From assembly GCF_002854065.1 (NCBI RefSeq), contig NZ_CP024147.1: a DNA stretch of 64,000 nucleotides, one strand, 5' to 3'. This document shows positions 34,207-45,737 of the stretch, in pieces; the stretch's first letter is position 1; each line of letters begins with the position of its first letter. Under the pieces are notes generated by a model. That model did no database searches, was not told the DNA's origin, and saw nothing but the letters and a program-made list of their open reading frames with translations. This DNA is from Escherichia coli (GTDB lineage Bacteria > Pseudomonadota > Gammaproteobacteria > Enterobacterales > Enterobacteriaceae). The translations under genes were made by a program, and so were the position numbers.

Positions 34207-35547
34207 TTAACGCACCATGCACGGGCGCTTGTTATCGAACGTCCAGCCAGGAATCAGATACTGCATTCCCATCGCATCGTCACGCGCGCCAAGCCCGTGT
34301 TTCTGATACAGCTCATGGGCTTTCATCACTTGATCCATATCGATTTCTACACCCAGCCCCGGTTTTTCTGGCACCTGTACCAGCCCGCCTTTGATCTCAA
34401 ACGGTTCTTTGGTCAGGCGCTGATTACCTTCCTGCCAGATCCAGTGCGTATCAATAGCAGTAATTTTACCCGGTGCAGCGGCGGCAACATGGGTAAACAT
34501 CGCCAGGGAAATATCGAAGTGGTTGTTAGAGTGTGAACCCCAGGTCAGGCCAAATTCATGGCACATTTGCGCCACACGTACCGAACCTTGCATTGTCCAG
34601 AAATGCGGATCCGCCAGCGGGATATCAACGGATTGTAACGAGAGCGTATGGCCCATCTGCCGCCAGTCGGTGGCGATCATATTGGTTGCGGTTGGTAGAC
34701 CGGTCGCGCGACGGAACTCTGCCATCACTTCACGCCCGGAGAAACCTTGCTCCGCACCACACGGATCTTCTGCATAAGCCAGCGAACCTTTCAGGTATTT
34801 GCCGATTTTAATCGCTTCGTTCAGCGACCAGGCACCGTTAGGATCGAGCGTAATACGCGCCTGCGGGAAGCGTTGCGCCAGTGCCACAATAGACTCGGCC
34901 TCTTCTTCCCCGGCCAGTACACCGCCTTTCAGTTTGAAATCGTTGAAGCCATATTTTTCATACGCCGCTTCCGCCAGGCGCACCACCGCATCCGGCGTCA
35001 TCGCTTCTTCATGACGCAGGCGATACCAGTCGCATGAGTCATCCGGCTGGCTTTGATACGGCAGAGGTGTGGCTTTGCGATTACCGACGAAGAACAGATA
35101 ACCGAGCATTTCGACTTCGCTACGCTGTTGACCATCGCCCAGCAGGGATGCCACGTTAACCCCCAGATGCTGCCCCAGCAGATCCAGCATTGCCGCTTCT
35201 ATCCCGGTAACTACATGAATAGTGGTACGCAAATCAAATGTCTGCAAACCGCGCCCGCCGGCATCACGATCGGCAAAAGTATTACGCACCAGCGTCAGAA
35301 CGTTTTTGTATTCACCCAGCGTTTTACCCACTACCAGCGGAATTGCATCTTCCAGCGTTTTACGGATTTTCTCGCCGCCGGGAATTTCCCCTACGCCAGT
35401 GTGACCAGAATTATCTTTGATAATCACAATATTACGCGTGAAGAACGGTGCGTGTGCACCACTCAGATTCATCAGCATACTGTCATGGCCCGCCACCGGG
35501 ATGACCTGCATTTCAGTAACAACAGGCGTCGTAAATTGAGAACTCAT
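34207..35547 (-). CDS. gudD: Glucarate dehydratase, 446 aa
   Basis: Translation from [23 protein letters not shown]...; enolase-superfamily. Confidence 0.93.
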   Translation of the reverse strand: MSSQFTTPVVTEMQVIPVAGHDSMLMNLSGAHAPFFTRNIVIIKDNSGHTGVGEIPGGEKIRKTLEDAIPLVVGKTLGEYKNVLTLVRNTFADRDAGGRGLQTFDLRTTIHVVTGIEAAMLDLLGQHLGVNVASLLGDGQQRSEVEMLGYLFFVGNRKATPLPYQSQPDDSCDWYRLRHEEAMTPDAVVRLAEAAYEKYGFNDFKLKGGVLAGEEEAESIVALAQRFPQARITLDPNGAWSLNEAIKIGKYLKGSLAYAEDPCGAEQGFSGREVMAEFRRATGLPTATNMIATDWRQMGHTLSLQSVDIPLADPHFWTMQGSVRVAQMCHEFGLTWGSHSNNHFDISLAMFTHVAAAAPGKITAIDTHWIWQEGNQRLTKEPFEIKGGLVQVPEKPGLGVEIDMDQVMKAHELYQKHGLGARDDAMGMQYLIPGWTFDNKRPCMVR

Positions 35548-35567
35548 ATTTATGTCCTTTTTCAGAA

Positions 35568-36908
35568 TCAATGACGGCCGAAAACGGGACGTTTACGGTC
35601 AAAGGTCCAGCCGGGAATCAGGTACTGCATCGGGCCTGCGTCGTTACGCGCACCGCCAGGCAGACGTTTATAGGCCTCATGTGCCTTTTGTACCTGTTCC
35701 CAGTCCAGTTCCACGCCCAGACCGGGCGCATCAGGAACGGCAATTTTTCCGTTTTTAATCTCCAGCGGATTTTGGGTCAGGCGACAATCGCCCTCCTGCC
35801 AAATCCAGTGGGTATCGATAGCGGTAGGATTACCCGGTGCCGCCGCGCCCACATGGGTAAACATCGCCAGAGAGATATCGAAATGGTTGTTGGAATGGCA
35901 GCCCCAGGTCAGCCCCCAGTCGTCGCAAAGCTGCGCCACTCGGACTGCACCGGAAAGCGTCCAGAAGTGCGGATCGGCAAGTGGAATATCTACCGCATTG
36001 AGCATCACCGCATGACCCATTTCGCGCCAGTTGGTGGCGATCATATTAGTCGCGACGGGCAAGCCGGTCGCCCGCCGAAACTCCGCCATCACTTCACGTC
36101 CGGAGAAGCCCTGTTCTGCGCCGCATGGATCTTCGGCATAGGTAAGAACATCATTCAGTCCTTTGCACAGAGAAATGGCTTCATCAAGCAGCCATGCACC
36201 GTTGGGATCAACGGTAATCCGCGCATCCGGGAAGCGTTTCTTCAATGCACGAACAGTGTCGATTTCTTGCTCGCCAGGTAACACGCCGCCCTTAAGTTTG
36301 AAATCTTTAAAGCCGTAGCGATCCTGTGAGGCTTCCGCCAGACGCACAACGGCTTCGCTGTTCATCGCTTTCTGATGGCGCAACTGATACCACTCATGGT
36401 TGCCCGGCGTATTTTCCAGATAAGGAAGATCGGTTTTGGTCCGATCACCGATATAAAACAGATAACCGAGGACGGTAATAGCATCGCGTTGCTTGCCTGG
36501 CCCTAACAGTTCGCAGACCGGAACATTCAGCGCCTTACCTAGCAGGTCAAGCAAGGCGGCTTCCAGCGCCGCCACGGCGTTAACGCGCAATTCAAAGGTC
36601 CAGGCCCCTTTACCGAAGGTATCAAAATCGGCGGCCTGATTACCTTTATGCACCTGCTGAACCACTTTATTCAGGCGCGCAACTTCCTGGCCCAGCACCA
36701 TCGGAATAGCTTCGACCAGTGTTTGATAAATCACCTCTCCGCCCGGCGCTTCACCAATGCCGGTATGCCCGGCGTTATCGGTGAGTACCACGATATTGCG
36801 GGTGAAGTATGCGTTATGCGCACCACCAATATTGAGCAACATGCTGTCATGTCCGGCGACCGGAATGACTTTCATATCAGTAATAACAGGACTGGATTGT
36901 GTCGTCAT
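35568..36908 (-). CDS. gudX: Glucarate dehydratase-related protein (paralogue of GudD), 446 aa
   Basis: [31 protein letters not shown]...; clearly paralogous to adjacent gudD. Confidence 0.93.
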   Translation of the reverse strand: MTTQSSPVITDMKVIPVAGHDSMLLNIGGAHNAYFTRNIVVLTDNAGHTGIGEAPGGEVIYQTLVEAIPMVLGQEVARLNKVVQQVHKGNQAADFDTFGKGAWTFELRVNAVAALEAALLDLLGKALNVPVCELLGPGKQRDAITVLGYLFYIGDRTKTDLPYLENTPGNHEWYQLRHQKAMNSEAVVRLAEASQDRYGFKDFKLKGGVLPGEQEIDTVRALKKRFPDARITVDPNGAWLLDEAISLCKGLNDVLTYAEDPCGAEQGFSGREVMAEFRRATGLPVATNMIATNWREMGHAVMLNAVDIPLADPHFWTLSGAVRVAQLCDDWGLTWGCHSNNHFDISLAMFTHVGAAAPGNPTAIDTHWIWQEGDCRLTQNPLEIKNGKIAVPDAPGLGVELDWEQVQKAHEAYKRLPGGARNDAGPMQYLIPGWTFDRKRPVFGRH

Positions 36909-36909
36909 C

Positions 36910-38262
36910 TTATTGCCCCGCGACAGGTTTCAGCTCGATACGCTTGATATCGCCCACCAGCACCAGGTAGCTCAGTACCGCGATTAAGGCATGAACACCA
37001 ACATAAATCAGCGCCCCATTAAAGGAGCCAGTCGTGCCAACGATATAACCAATTGCGATTGGCGTGACGATGCCAGAAATGTTACCGAACATGTTGAACA
37101 GGCCACCGGAAAGACCGCTGATCTCTTTTGGCGCGGTATCTGCCATTACTGCCCAACCCAGCGCCCCAATGCCCTTACCGAAGAAGGCCAGCGCCATAAA
37201 GCCGATAATCATCCACTCAACGTTGACGTAGTTGCAGAACACCATCACCATCGACAGCAACATGCCCATTACGATCGGTGTTTTACGCGCAATGTTCAGC
37301 GATCCCGTGCGGCGCATCAGCCAGTCGGAAATAATCCCACCCAGCACACCACCGATAAAACCACAAACCGCCGGAACGGAAGCCACAAAGCCCGCTTTCA
37401 GAATCGACATCCCACGCGCCTGCACCAGATAAACCGGAAACCAGGTAATGAAAAAGTAAGTCAGGGCGTTGATACAGTACTGACCGATATAAACGCCGAT
37501 CATCATCCGTGACCCGAGCAGTTGTTTGATCTGCCCCCACTTCACGCTGAACGGCACTTTAACTTTGGTGTTTTGCTGATCCATATTGATCAGCGCGCCA
37601 CCCGCGGCGATGTACTCCAGCTCTTTCTGATTTACCCCCGGATGTTGATTTGGCTCGTGGATGACTTTCAACCAGATAAAGCTGATGACAATCCCCAGAC
37701 CGCCCATAAAGAAGAAGACGTGTGACCAGCCCACTTCATGCGTCAGCCAGCCCATAATCGGCGCGAAGATCACCGTTGCGAAGTATTGAGCGGAGTTAAA
37801 AATCGACACCGCCGTTCCCCTTTCCTGCGCCGGAAACCAGGCCGCAACAATGCGACTGTTGCCGGGGAAAGATGGCGCTTCAGCAAGCCCGACCAGGAAG
37901 CGCAGAGTAAACAGGGCAACGATAATGCCGAATCCACTAAAGATATCGACGAAGCCTTGCAGCAAGGTAAACATCGACCAGATAAAGATCGACCAGAAGT
38001 AGACGCGTTTTGAACCAAAACGATCCAGCAACCAACCACCAGGGATCTGCCCGATAACATAAGCCCATGAGAAGGCAGAGAACACATAGCCCATTCCCAC
38101 GGGATCAAGGCCGATATCTTTGGCCATTTCCGAACCGGCAATAGAAAGCGTAGCGCGGTCGCCGTAGTTGAAGGATGTGACGATAAACAACATCACCACT
38201 ATCCAGTAACGAGCATTCGTGCGTTTTTCCACACTGCTCGCAGCCTGACTTAAAGAACTCAT
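36910..38262 (-). CDS. gudP: MFS glucarate/galactarate transporter, 450 aa
   Basis: ORF translation, multi-TM. Confidence 0.92.
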   Translation of the reverse strand: MSSLSQAASSVEKRTNARYWIVVMLFIVTSFNYGDRATLSIAGSEMAKDIGLDPVGMGYVFSAFSWAYVIGQIPGGWLLDRFGSKRVYFWSIFIWSMFTLLQGFVDIFSGFGIIVALFTLRFLVGLAEAPSFPGNSRIVAAWFPAQERGTAVSIFNSAQYFATVIFAPIMGWLTHEVGWSHVFFFMGGLGIVISFIWLKVIHEPNQHPGVNQKELEYIAAGGALINMDQQNTKVKVPFSVKWGQIKQLLGSRMMIGVYIGQYCINALTYFFITWFPVYLVQARGMSILKAGFVASVPAVCGFIGGVLGGIISDWLMRRTGSLNIARKTPIVMGMLLSMVMVFCNYVNVEWMIIGFMALAFFGKGIGALGWAVMADTAPKEISGLSGGLFNMFGNISGIVTPIAIGYIVGTTGSFNGALIYVGVHALIAVLSYLVLVGDIKRIELKPVAGQ

Positions 38263-38696
38263 TGTTGCACTCCTGAAAATTCGCGTTAACCACGCTCACT
38301 CTGGACTGCGACATCGCCAGGAAATCAGAGGTGACGTAGGGTGTTTTTTGCCGTTTTTATAGGTCGTTCGCCGAATACGGCGCGTGTTTATATCTGGCAA
38401 TAGCAGTATAAAAAGCGCGCCATAGCGGCTCACCGTGCAACAACACAACATTAATGCGTTCAATGAGGCCCGATTTTGGCATTAGCCCTGGACGGTGGAA
38501 TCCACTTCACGGAAATGAAAACAAGAACAAGAAAGGAAGGGTTAAAACGAAGAAATAAAGAAGAGTATGAAATGGATCGCTTGACTCCAGGCAAACGCCA
38601 GTAAAAATCCGCGCTATGAAGCAGTTTTTACTGGCATTTGCCTGAAAAGATTCGATTCAGCACCGCTAAAACGACATTTACCGCTCGCTGAACATA

Positions 38697-39146
38697 TCAG
38701 GACAACAGCGTGCCCCACTGTTCGACCCACGGATTTGATTCCGTTTCCGGTTCCGGGTTCTCACTGGCGTCAATCAACAGCATTTCGCCAACCCGCTGAG
38801 CGCTCTGTTCCTGCAACAAGGCATCGAACTGTTTGCCGCCATTGCAGAAATTCACATAACTACTGTCGCCGAGCGCAATCACGCCATAACGCAGATTCGG
38901 CTGGAAGCCCAGACTATCTTTGATTCCCTGAAAGAGCGGCACAATGCTATCAGGAAGGTCGCCCTGCCCGGTCGTGGACGTAACCACCAGAACATACTTA
39001 TCCTGATAGGGCAGCCAGTCGCTTAATTCAGGATCTTCAAATACCGTTGCTTTGTGGCCCTGTGTGGTCAGAATTGCTTCTGCTTCTTCCGCCACTAACA
39101 GCGAATTTCCGTACATGGTGCCGACAAAAATACCAATTTCCGCCAT
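38697..39146 (-). CDS. yqcA: Flavodoxin-like protein, 149 aa
   Basis: [26 protein letters not shown]... Confidence 0.9.
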   Translation of the reverse strand: MAEIGIFVGTMYGNSLLVAEEAEAILTTQGHKATVFEDPELSDWLPYQDKYVLVVTSTTGQGDLPDSIVPLFQGIKDSLGFQPNLRYGVIALGDSSYVNFCNGGKQFDALLQEQSAQRVGEMLLIDASENPEPETESNPWVEQWGTLLS

Positions 39147-39163
39147 ACCGTTTTCTCCCTGGA

Positions 39164-39946
39164 TTAGGAACTTATCTCTCCATCCTGACCCGATGGCGCA
39201 CTGAACTCAACCCTTTCATTTTCAGGAAGCAGACCGCGCCAGCCAAATTGTGATAACGCCTGCATCCAGGTGTCGTCCAGGCCCGCGTGAATAGTCAGCG
39301 GCTCGCCAGTAAAAGGATGCGTCAATGACAACTGACTGGCATGCAGCATTAACCGCTGAAGACCAAAATGCTCAGCACCGCTGCGATTCTGGCGTAAATC
39401 GCCATGTTTGCTATCGCCAATAATCGGATGACGCAAATGGGCAAGATGGCGACGGAGCTGGTGCTTGCGTCCGGTTTTCGGCTCCAGTTCCACCAGGCCG
39501 TAGCGCGTGGTCGGGTAACGTCCGGTCGCTACAGGCATTTCTACGGTCGCCAGACCGCGATAATGCGTCACTGCTGGCTGCGGGCCTTTATCTTCGCGGG
39601 CAAATTTATCAGCGATTTTGTCCAGTTCTTCCACCAGTGGATAATCCAGCACCGCTTCTTCCATCAACCAGCCGCGCACAATCGCATGGTAACGTTTCTG
39701 GATTTGGTGCTGTTCAAACTGTTGTGCCAGCAGCCGTCCGGCCTCGCTGGATAATCCCATCAACAACACACCAGAAGTGGGTCGGTCCAGACGATGAGCA
39801 GTAAAAACATGCTGGCCTATCTGGTCACGCACGGTTTGCATGACCACTACTTTCTCGTCGCGATCCAGCCAGCTGCGGTGAACCAGCCAGCCGGAGGGTT
39901 TATTTACCGCAACCAGCCATTCATCCTGATAGAGTATTTCCAGCAT
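39164..39946 (-). CDS. truC: tRNA pseudouridine(65) synthase TruC, 260 aa
   Basis: ORF translation; RluA-family motifs (HRLDRPTSG). Confidence 0.92.
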   Translation of the reverse strand: MLEILYQDEWLVAVNKPSGWLVHRSWLDRDEKVVVMQTVRDQIGQHVFTAHRLDRPTSGVLLMGLSSEAGRLLAQQFEQHQIQKRYHAIVRGWLMEEAVLDYPLVEELDKIADKFAREDKGPQPAVTHYRGLATVEMPVATGRYPTTRYGLVELEPKTGRKHQLRRHLAHLRHPIIGDSKHGDLRQNRSGAEHFGLQRLMLHASQLSLTHPFTGEPLTIHAGLDDTWMQALSQFGWRGLLPENERVEFSAPSGQDGEISS

Positions 39947-40275
39947 TAGCTCGCATCATCCGCAAAAAGAGCATCCAGTTTTTCCAACTCAGCCAGAATA
40001 AGCGCGCGTTGCGGATGGTCCGTCGCCAGCGCCATTTCATAATAGGGTGCAACAGCAAAAGCGCCCGGTAACGGCTGGTTGTTATCTAACAAATCGTGCA
40101 TTCGTGGGATCAGCACCCATTGCAACCACTCCAGTGGTTCCATGGTGTCCATAAAGAACGGTTGGGTACTGTTAAATTGATGCGGCTGGGGTTCATCGTT
40201 TCGCCAGTGCTGATGTTCACGCAGTAACGCTTCAAGCGCCTGCAACTGGAGACGAACGCGGTCATGAGTGGTCAT
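39946..40275 (-). CDS. yqcC: DUF446-family protein YqcC, 109 aa
   Basis: ORF translation; stop/start overlap with truC. Confidence 0.88.
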   Translation of the reverse strand: MTTHDRVRLQLQALEALLREHQHWRNDEPQPHQFNSTQPFFMDTMEPLEWLQWVLIPRMHDLLDNNQPLPGAFAVAPYYEMALATDHPQRALILAELEKLDALFADDAS

Positions 40276-40317
40276 AAAGCAACCTCAATAAGAAAAACTG
40301 CCGCGAAGGATAGCAGG

Positions 40318-40686
40318 AATAAAAAAAGGGAGCACTGTATTCACAGTGCTCCCGGTTCGTTTCGCAGCATTCCAGCTACATTTGTTGCTCCCTGCTCATC
40401 CTTGACAACTTTTCCTCTGGCCTTGCGGCCAATCGTTCATCCTGAACTATTGCTTCCTGCTCACACCACCCCGATGTGATACTTCATCCTGAAGTGTCCC
40501 TGGCCTTCCTGACCCACCGAATCATCCTGACCGGTTCTCATTCTCCATCCTGGAGGTGTCCTTTAACGCGTCCTGCGTCATCCTCTTCGCTTCATCCAGA
40601 AGCCTTTCCCTGAAACACCATCCTGGTGTGTCCTTCAGAAGTGTCATCATCCTGATGTTCACTTCGTTGTCTGACTCCCTGTCGAC
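40318..40686 (-). ncRNA. csrB: CsrB small RNA (CsrA-sequestering), about 369 nt
   Basis: Minus strand starts GUCGACAGGGAGUCAGACAACG..., carries well over a dozen CAGGA(U/A)G-type GGA motifs (seen as CATCCTG on plus strand), ends in hairpin plus U-run at 40321-40358. Confidence 0.92.
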
Positions 40687-40896
40687 GAAGATAGAATCGT
40701 CTTTTTCGCGAAGTCTTACAAGGCGCTTACAGACAATGCCTTAAGGAAAATTTCATATGAAAGTTAGGAATTAACAAGCAACATGTTGTTTTTAAATGAA
40801 AATAACGATTATTATCTTTTTAAGTATTCGCTTATTTCCTGGCGATCTCCTACAGAGTCTGTAAGAGATCTCTCACAACCAGATGGGGTATTTGGA

Positions 40897-41442
40897 TTAC
40901 AGAAGAGGCTTAAGTTGATTAAGGAATTCCGCAAGATTTGAGGCTAAATGCGTCCGTTTACGTGTTCCCAGCGTCTCTTTACACACTTCACCGGAGAGAT
41001 TACACACCGAGATGACCTCTAACTCTTCTTCCAGCGTCGCGATAAATAGCGTGGGTGGCAGTTTTAGCCTTTTCTGAGTCACCAGATGACCAATCAGATT
41101 TTCCTGCACCCGACGGAAGTCGTCTTCACTCCAGGTTTGCAGCAATGTCAGTTTGATATCGCCAAACTGCGCGTGCATATCCCCGGCAAACTGAGTCGTA
41201 TAAAAGGTATGAATTGTGGGTTGTATCACAATATCAAAAGCGCGTTCAACCGCGTTTACATTTTGTTCCCCGGTAAACGGCTGGGGTTGCCAGTATACGG
41301 CATCTTCAGTAGTTGAAATAATGCACGGTGAAGGAACGCCGTACAGTTCCTCACTTAACGGCCAGCTTTTATGCTCTTCATGCCACGCATCGCAGTAGCG
41401 TGCAGTAAAATCTTTCAGGGCTTGTGCGGTCAAATCGTCCAC
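40897..41442 (-). CDS. syd: SecY-interacting protein Syd, 181 aa
   Basis: [35 protein letters not shown]... Confidence 0.93.
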
Positions 41443-41509
41443 TAATTTCTCTCTTCACTTAAACCAGATACACTTGTCGTTTAGTTTATCTGGTTTATGA
41501 CGGTGAAAC

Positions 41510-42358
41510 ATGTCTTCTTATGCAAACCATCAGGCACTTGCGGGCCTGACTCTTGGAAAATCAACCGATTACCGGGATACCTATGACGCCAGCCTACTGC
41601 AAGGCGTTACACGCAGCCTGAATCGCGATCCGCTGGGTCTGAAAGCGGATAACCTGCCTTTTCACGGTGCGGACATCTGGACGCTGTATGAACTTTCCTG
41701 GCTGAATGCGAAAGGTTTGCCGCAGGTCGCTGTCGGTCATGTTGAACTTGATTACACCAGCGTAAATCTGATTGAGTCGAAGAGTTTTAAGCTTTATCTC
41801 AACAGTTTTAACCAGACGCGTTTTAATAACTGGGATGAGGTGCGCCAGACGCTGGAGCGCGACTTAAGCACTTGCGCTCAGGGTAAGGTTAGCGTGGCGT
41901 TATATCGTCTTGATGAACTGGAAGGCCAGCCGATAGGTCATTTCAATGGCACTTGCATTGATGACCAGGATATCACTATCGATAACTATGAATTCACTAC
42001 TGACTATCTGGAGAATGCCACCAGTGGTGAAAAAGTAGTGGAAGAGACGCTTGTCAGCCACCTGCTGAAATCAAACTGCCTGATCACCCATCAACCAGAT
42101 TGGGGTTCGATCCAAATTCAGTATCGTGGACGCCAAATTGACAGAGAAAAACTGCTGCGTTACCTGGTCTCTTTCCGCCATCACAACGAGTTCCACGAAC
42201 AGTGCGTGGAACGCATCTTTAATGACCTGTTACGCTTCTGCCAGCCAGAGAAATTGAGCGTTTACGCACGTTATACCCGTCGTGGCGGTCTGGACATTAA
42301 CCCGTGGCGCAGTAATAGCGATTTTGTCCCATCGACCACAAGACTGGTTCGGCAATAA
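41510..42358 (+). CDS. queF: NADPH-dependent 7-cyano-7-deazaguanine reductase QueF, 282 aa
   Basis: ORF translation; two-domain QueF. Confidence 0.93.
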   Translation: MSSYANHQALAGLTLGKSTDYRDTYDASLLQGVTRSLNRDPLGLKADNLPFHGADIWTLYELSWLNAKGLPQVAVGHVELDYTSVNLIESKSFKLYLNSFNQTRFNNWDEVRQTLERDLSTCAQGKVSVALYRLDELEGQPIGHFNGTCIDDQDITIDNYEFTTDYLENATSGEKVVEETLVSHLLKSNCLITHQPDWGSIQIQYRGRQIDREKLLRYLVSFRHHNEFHEQCVERIFNDLLRFCQPEKLSVYARYTRRGGLDINPWRSNSDFVPSTTRLVRQ

Positions 42359-42469
42359 ATTTTTTCTCAATTTTGCGTGCTGGATTCACGCAGAAGGTTG
42401 TGAAAGGTCATCAGGCAGGGCTATTGTAATCAAAGGGAATGACGATATTCGTCCCATAAGGAGTTTTTC

Positions 42470-43834
42470 TTGATTACACATATTAGCCCGCTTGGCTCCA
42501 TGGATATGTTGTCGCAGCTGGAAGTGGATATGCTTAAACGCACCGCCAGCAGCGACCTCTATCAATTGTTTCGCAACTGTTCACTTGCCGTACTGAACTC
42601 CGGTAGTTTGACCGATAACAGCAAAGAATTGCTGTCTCGTTTTGAAAATTTCGATATTAACGTCCTGCGCCGTGAACGCGGCGTAAAGCTGGAACTGATT
42701 AATCCCCCGGAAGAGGCTTTTGTCGATGGGCGAATTATTCGCGCTTTGCAGGCCAACTTGTTCGCGGTTCTGCGAGACATTCTCTTCGTTTACGGGCAAA
42801 TCCATAACACCGTTCGTTTTCCCAACCTGAATCTCGACAACTCCGTCCACATCACTAACCTGGTCTTTTCCATCTTGCGTAACGCTCGCGCGCTGCATGT
42901 GGGTGAAGCGCCAAATATGGTGGTCTGCTGGGGCGGTCACTCAATTAACGAAAATGAGTATTTGTATGCCCGTCGCGTCGGAAACCAGCTGGGCCTGCGT
43001 GAGCTGAATATCTGCACCGGCTGTGGTCCGGGAGCGATGGAAGCGCCGATGAAAGGTGCTGCGGTCGGACACGCGCAGCAGCGTTACAAAGACAGTCGTT
43101 TTATTGGTATGACAGAGCCGTCGATTATCGCCGCTGAACCGCCTAACCCGCTGGTCAACGAATTGATCATCATGCCAGATATCGAAAAACGTCTGGAAGC
43201 GTTTGTCCGTATCGCTCACGGTATCATTATCTTCCCTGGCGGTGTGGGTACGGCAGAAGAGTTGCTGTATTTGCTGGGAATTTTAATGAACCCGGCCAAC
43301 AAAGATCAGGTTTTACCATTGATCCTCACCGGCCCGAAAGAGAGCGCCGACTACTTCCGCGTACTGGACGAGTTTGTCGTGCATACGCTGGGTGAAAACG
43401 CGCGCCGCCATTACCGCATCATCATTGATGACGCCGCTGAAGTCGCTCGTCAGATGAAAAAATCGATGCCGCTGGTGAAAGAAAATCGCCGCGACACTGG
43501 TGACGCTTACAGCTTTAACTGGTCAATGCGCATTGCACCAGATTTGCAAATGCCGTTTGAGCCGTCTCACGAGAATATGGCTAATCTGAAGCTTTACCCG
43601 GATCAACCTGTTGAAGTGCTGGCTGCCGACCTGCGCCGTGCGTTCTCCGGTATTGTGGCGGGTAACGTAAAAGAAGTCGGTATTCGCGCCATTGAAGAGT
43701 TTGGTCCTTACAAAATCAACGGCGATAAAGAGATTATGCGTCGTATGGACGACCTGCTACAGGGTTTTGTTGCCCAGCATCGTATGAAGTTGCCAGGCTC
43801 AGCCTACATCCCTTGCTACGAAATCTGCACGTAA
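42470..43834 (+). CDS. ppnN: Nucleotide 5'-monophosphate nucleosidase PpnN (YgdH), 454 aa
   Basis: ORF translation; LOG-family core. Confidence 0.9.
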
Positions 43835-43844
43835 TCTCCCCTCC

Positions 43845-43879
43845 CCCGGTGACGTTTGTTGCCGGGTTTTCTCGTTTTT
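43845..43879 (+). terminator. Intrinsic terminator after ppnN
   Basis: CCCGGTGACGTTTGTTGCCGGG hairpin followed by TTTTCTCGTTTTT. Confidence 0.55.
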
Positions 43880-44390
43880 GGTCACTTACTCATCAACTCA
43901 TTTCATTTGTTATATGAATGTTTCTTACCACCCTCACGCGACAAATATCATCACAGTTAATATGTCATACAATTTATATTGCAACGCAAACGTTTCCCTA
44001 TTTTCATAAACCGTATTTTATCGCTATGAAAAAGAAATTATCGCCATGATTAACTAAAAGTATTGATTTTTTCAGTTCAACCTACATATATTGCGCGCCC
44101 CGGAAGAAGTCAGATGTCGTTTAATGGGCAAATATTGCCCTTAAATTCTATTTTACTTTTGATTTACAGAGTAAAGCGTTGGGATAATCTATCTTCCAAG
44201 TAGATTATTGTATTTGGGATCAAGATCACTGATAGATACATAACTTGTGTGTATCTTTCCGCCCTCAAATTATTACGGCGGTAAATGATTAAGCCATCGC
44301 CGATAGACAGATTTCATTTTTACGGTCAGGCACCTTCCCGGGCTGAACTGGCTAAAAGCTGAATTATTTGCATTCCTCCAGGAGAAATAG

Positions 44391-45680
44391 ATGGAAACGA
44401 CTCAAACCAGCACGATTGCGTCGAAAGACTCTCGTAGTGCCTGGCGCAAGACAGACACCATGTGGATGCTGGGCCTTTACGGCACGGCAATCGGCGCGGG
44501 CGTGCTGTTCCTGCCAATCAACGCCGGTGTTGGCGGTATGATCCCGCTGATCATCATGGCTATCCTTGCGTTCCCGATGACGTTTTTTGCTCACCGCGGC
44601 CTGACTCGCTTCGTACTGTCTGGTAAAAACCCGGGCGAAGACATCACCGAGGTTGTAGAAGAACACTTTGGTATTGGCGCAGGTAAACTGATTACCCTGC
44701 TCTACTTCTTCGCTATCTACCCGATCCTGCTGGTTTATAGCGTGGCAATCACCAATACAGTTGAAAGCTTCATGTCTCACCAGCTGGGTATGACACCACC
44801 GCCGCGTGCGATTCTGTCGCTGATCCTGATCGTGGGTATGATGACCATCGTTCGCTTTGGTGAACAGATGATCGTTAAAGCGATGAGTATTCTGGTATTC
44901 CCGTTTGTTGGCGTACTGATGCTGCTGGCTCTGTACCTGATCCCGCAGTGGAACGGCGCAGCACTGGAAACGCTGTCTCTGGACACTGCATCTGCAACCG
45001 GAAACGGTCTGTGGATGACCCTGTGGCTGGCAATTCCGGTAATGGTGTTCTCGTTCAACCACTCTCCGATTATCTCTTCTTTCGCCGTTGCGAAGCGTGA
45101 AGAGTACGGCGATATGGCAGAACAGAAATGCTCGAAGATCCTGGCATTCGCACACATCATGATGGTGCTGACCGTAATGTTCTTCGTCTTCAGCTGTGTA
45201 CTGAGCCTGACTCCGGCAGACCTGGCTGCGGCTAAAGAGCAGAACATCTCGATTCTGTCTTACCTGGCTAACCACTTTAACGCACCGGTTATCGCGTGGA
45301 TGGCTCCGATTATCGCGATTATCGCTATCACCAAATCCTTCCTCGGCCACTACCTGGGCGCACGTGAAGGCTTCAACGGTATGGTGATTAAATCTCTGCG
45401 TGGTAAAGGTAAGTCTATCGAAATCAACAAGCTGAACCGTATCACTGCGCTGTTCATGCTGGTAACGACCTGGATTGTTGCCACCCTGAACCCGAGCATC
45501 CTGGGTATGATTGAAACCCTGGGCGGCCCAATCATCGCGATGATCCTGTTCCTGATGCCGATGTACGCAATTCAGAAAGTACCGGCAATGCGTAAGTACA
45601 GCGGTCACATCAGCAACGTATTCGTTGTCGTGATGGGTCTGATTGCAATCTCCGCAATCTTCTACTCTCTGTTCAGCTAA
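44391..45680 (+). CDS. sdaC: Serine:H+ symporter SdaC, 429 aa
   Basis: ORF translation; HAAAP-family multi-TM. Confidence 0.95.
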   Translation: METTQTSTIASKDSRSAWRKTDTMWMLGLYGTAIGAGVLFLPINAGVGGMIPLIIMAILAFPMTFFAHRGLTRFVLSGKNPGEDITEVVEEHFGIGAGKLITLLYFFAIYPILLVYSVAITNTVESFMSHQLGMTPPPRAILSLILIVGMMTIVRFGEQMIVKAMSILVFPFVGVLMLLALYLIPQWNGAALETLSLDTASATGNGLWMTLWLAIPVMVFSFNHSPIISSFAVAKREEYGDMAEQKCSKILAFAHIMMVLTVMFFVFSCVLSLTPADLAAAKEQNISILSYLANHFNAPVIAWMAPIIAIIAITKSFLGHYLGAREGFNGMVIKSLRGKGKSIEINKLNRITALFMLVTTWIVATLNPSILGMIETLGGPIIAMILFLMPMYAIQKVPAMRKYSGHISNVFVVVMGLIAISAIFYSLFS

Positions 45681-45737
45681 GTCCTTTCGCGCCGCTTTCG
45701 GGCGGCGCTTCCTCCGTTTTAACGCGATGTATTTCCT

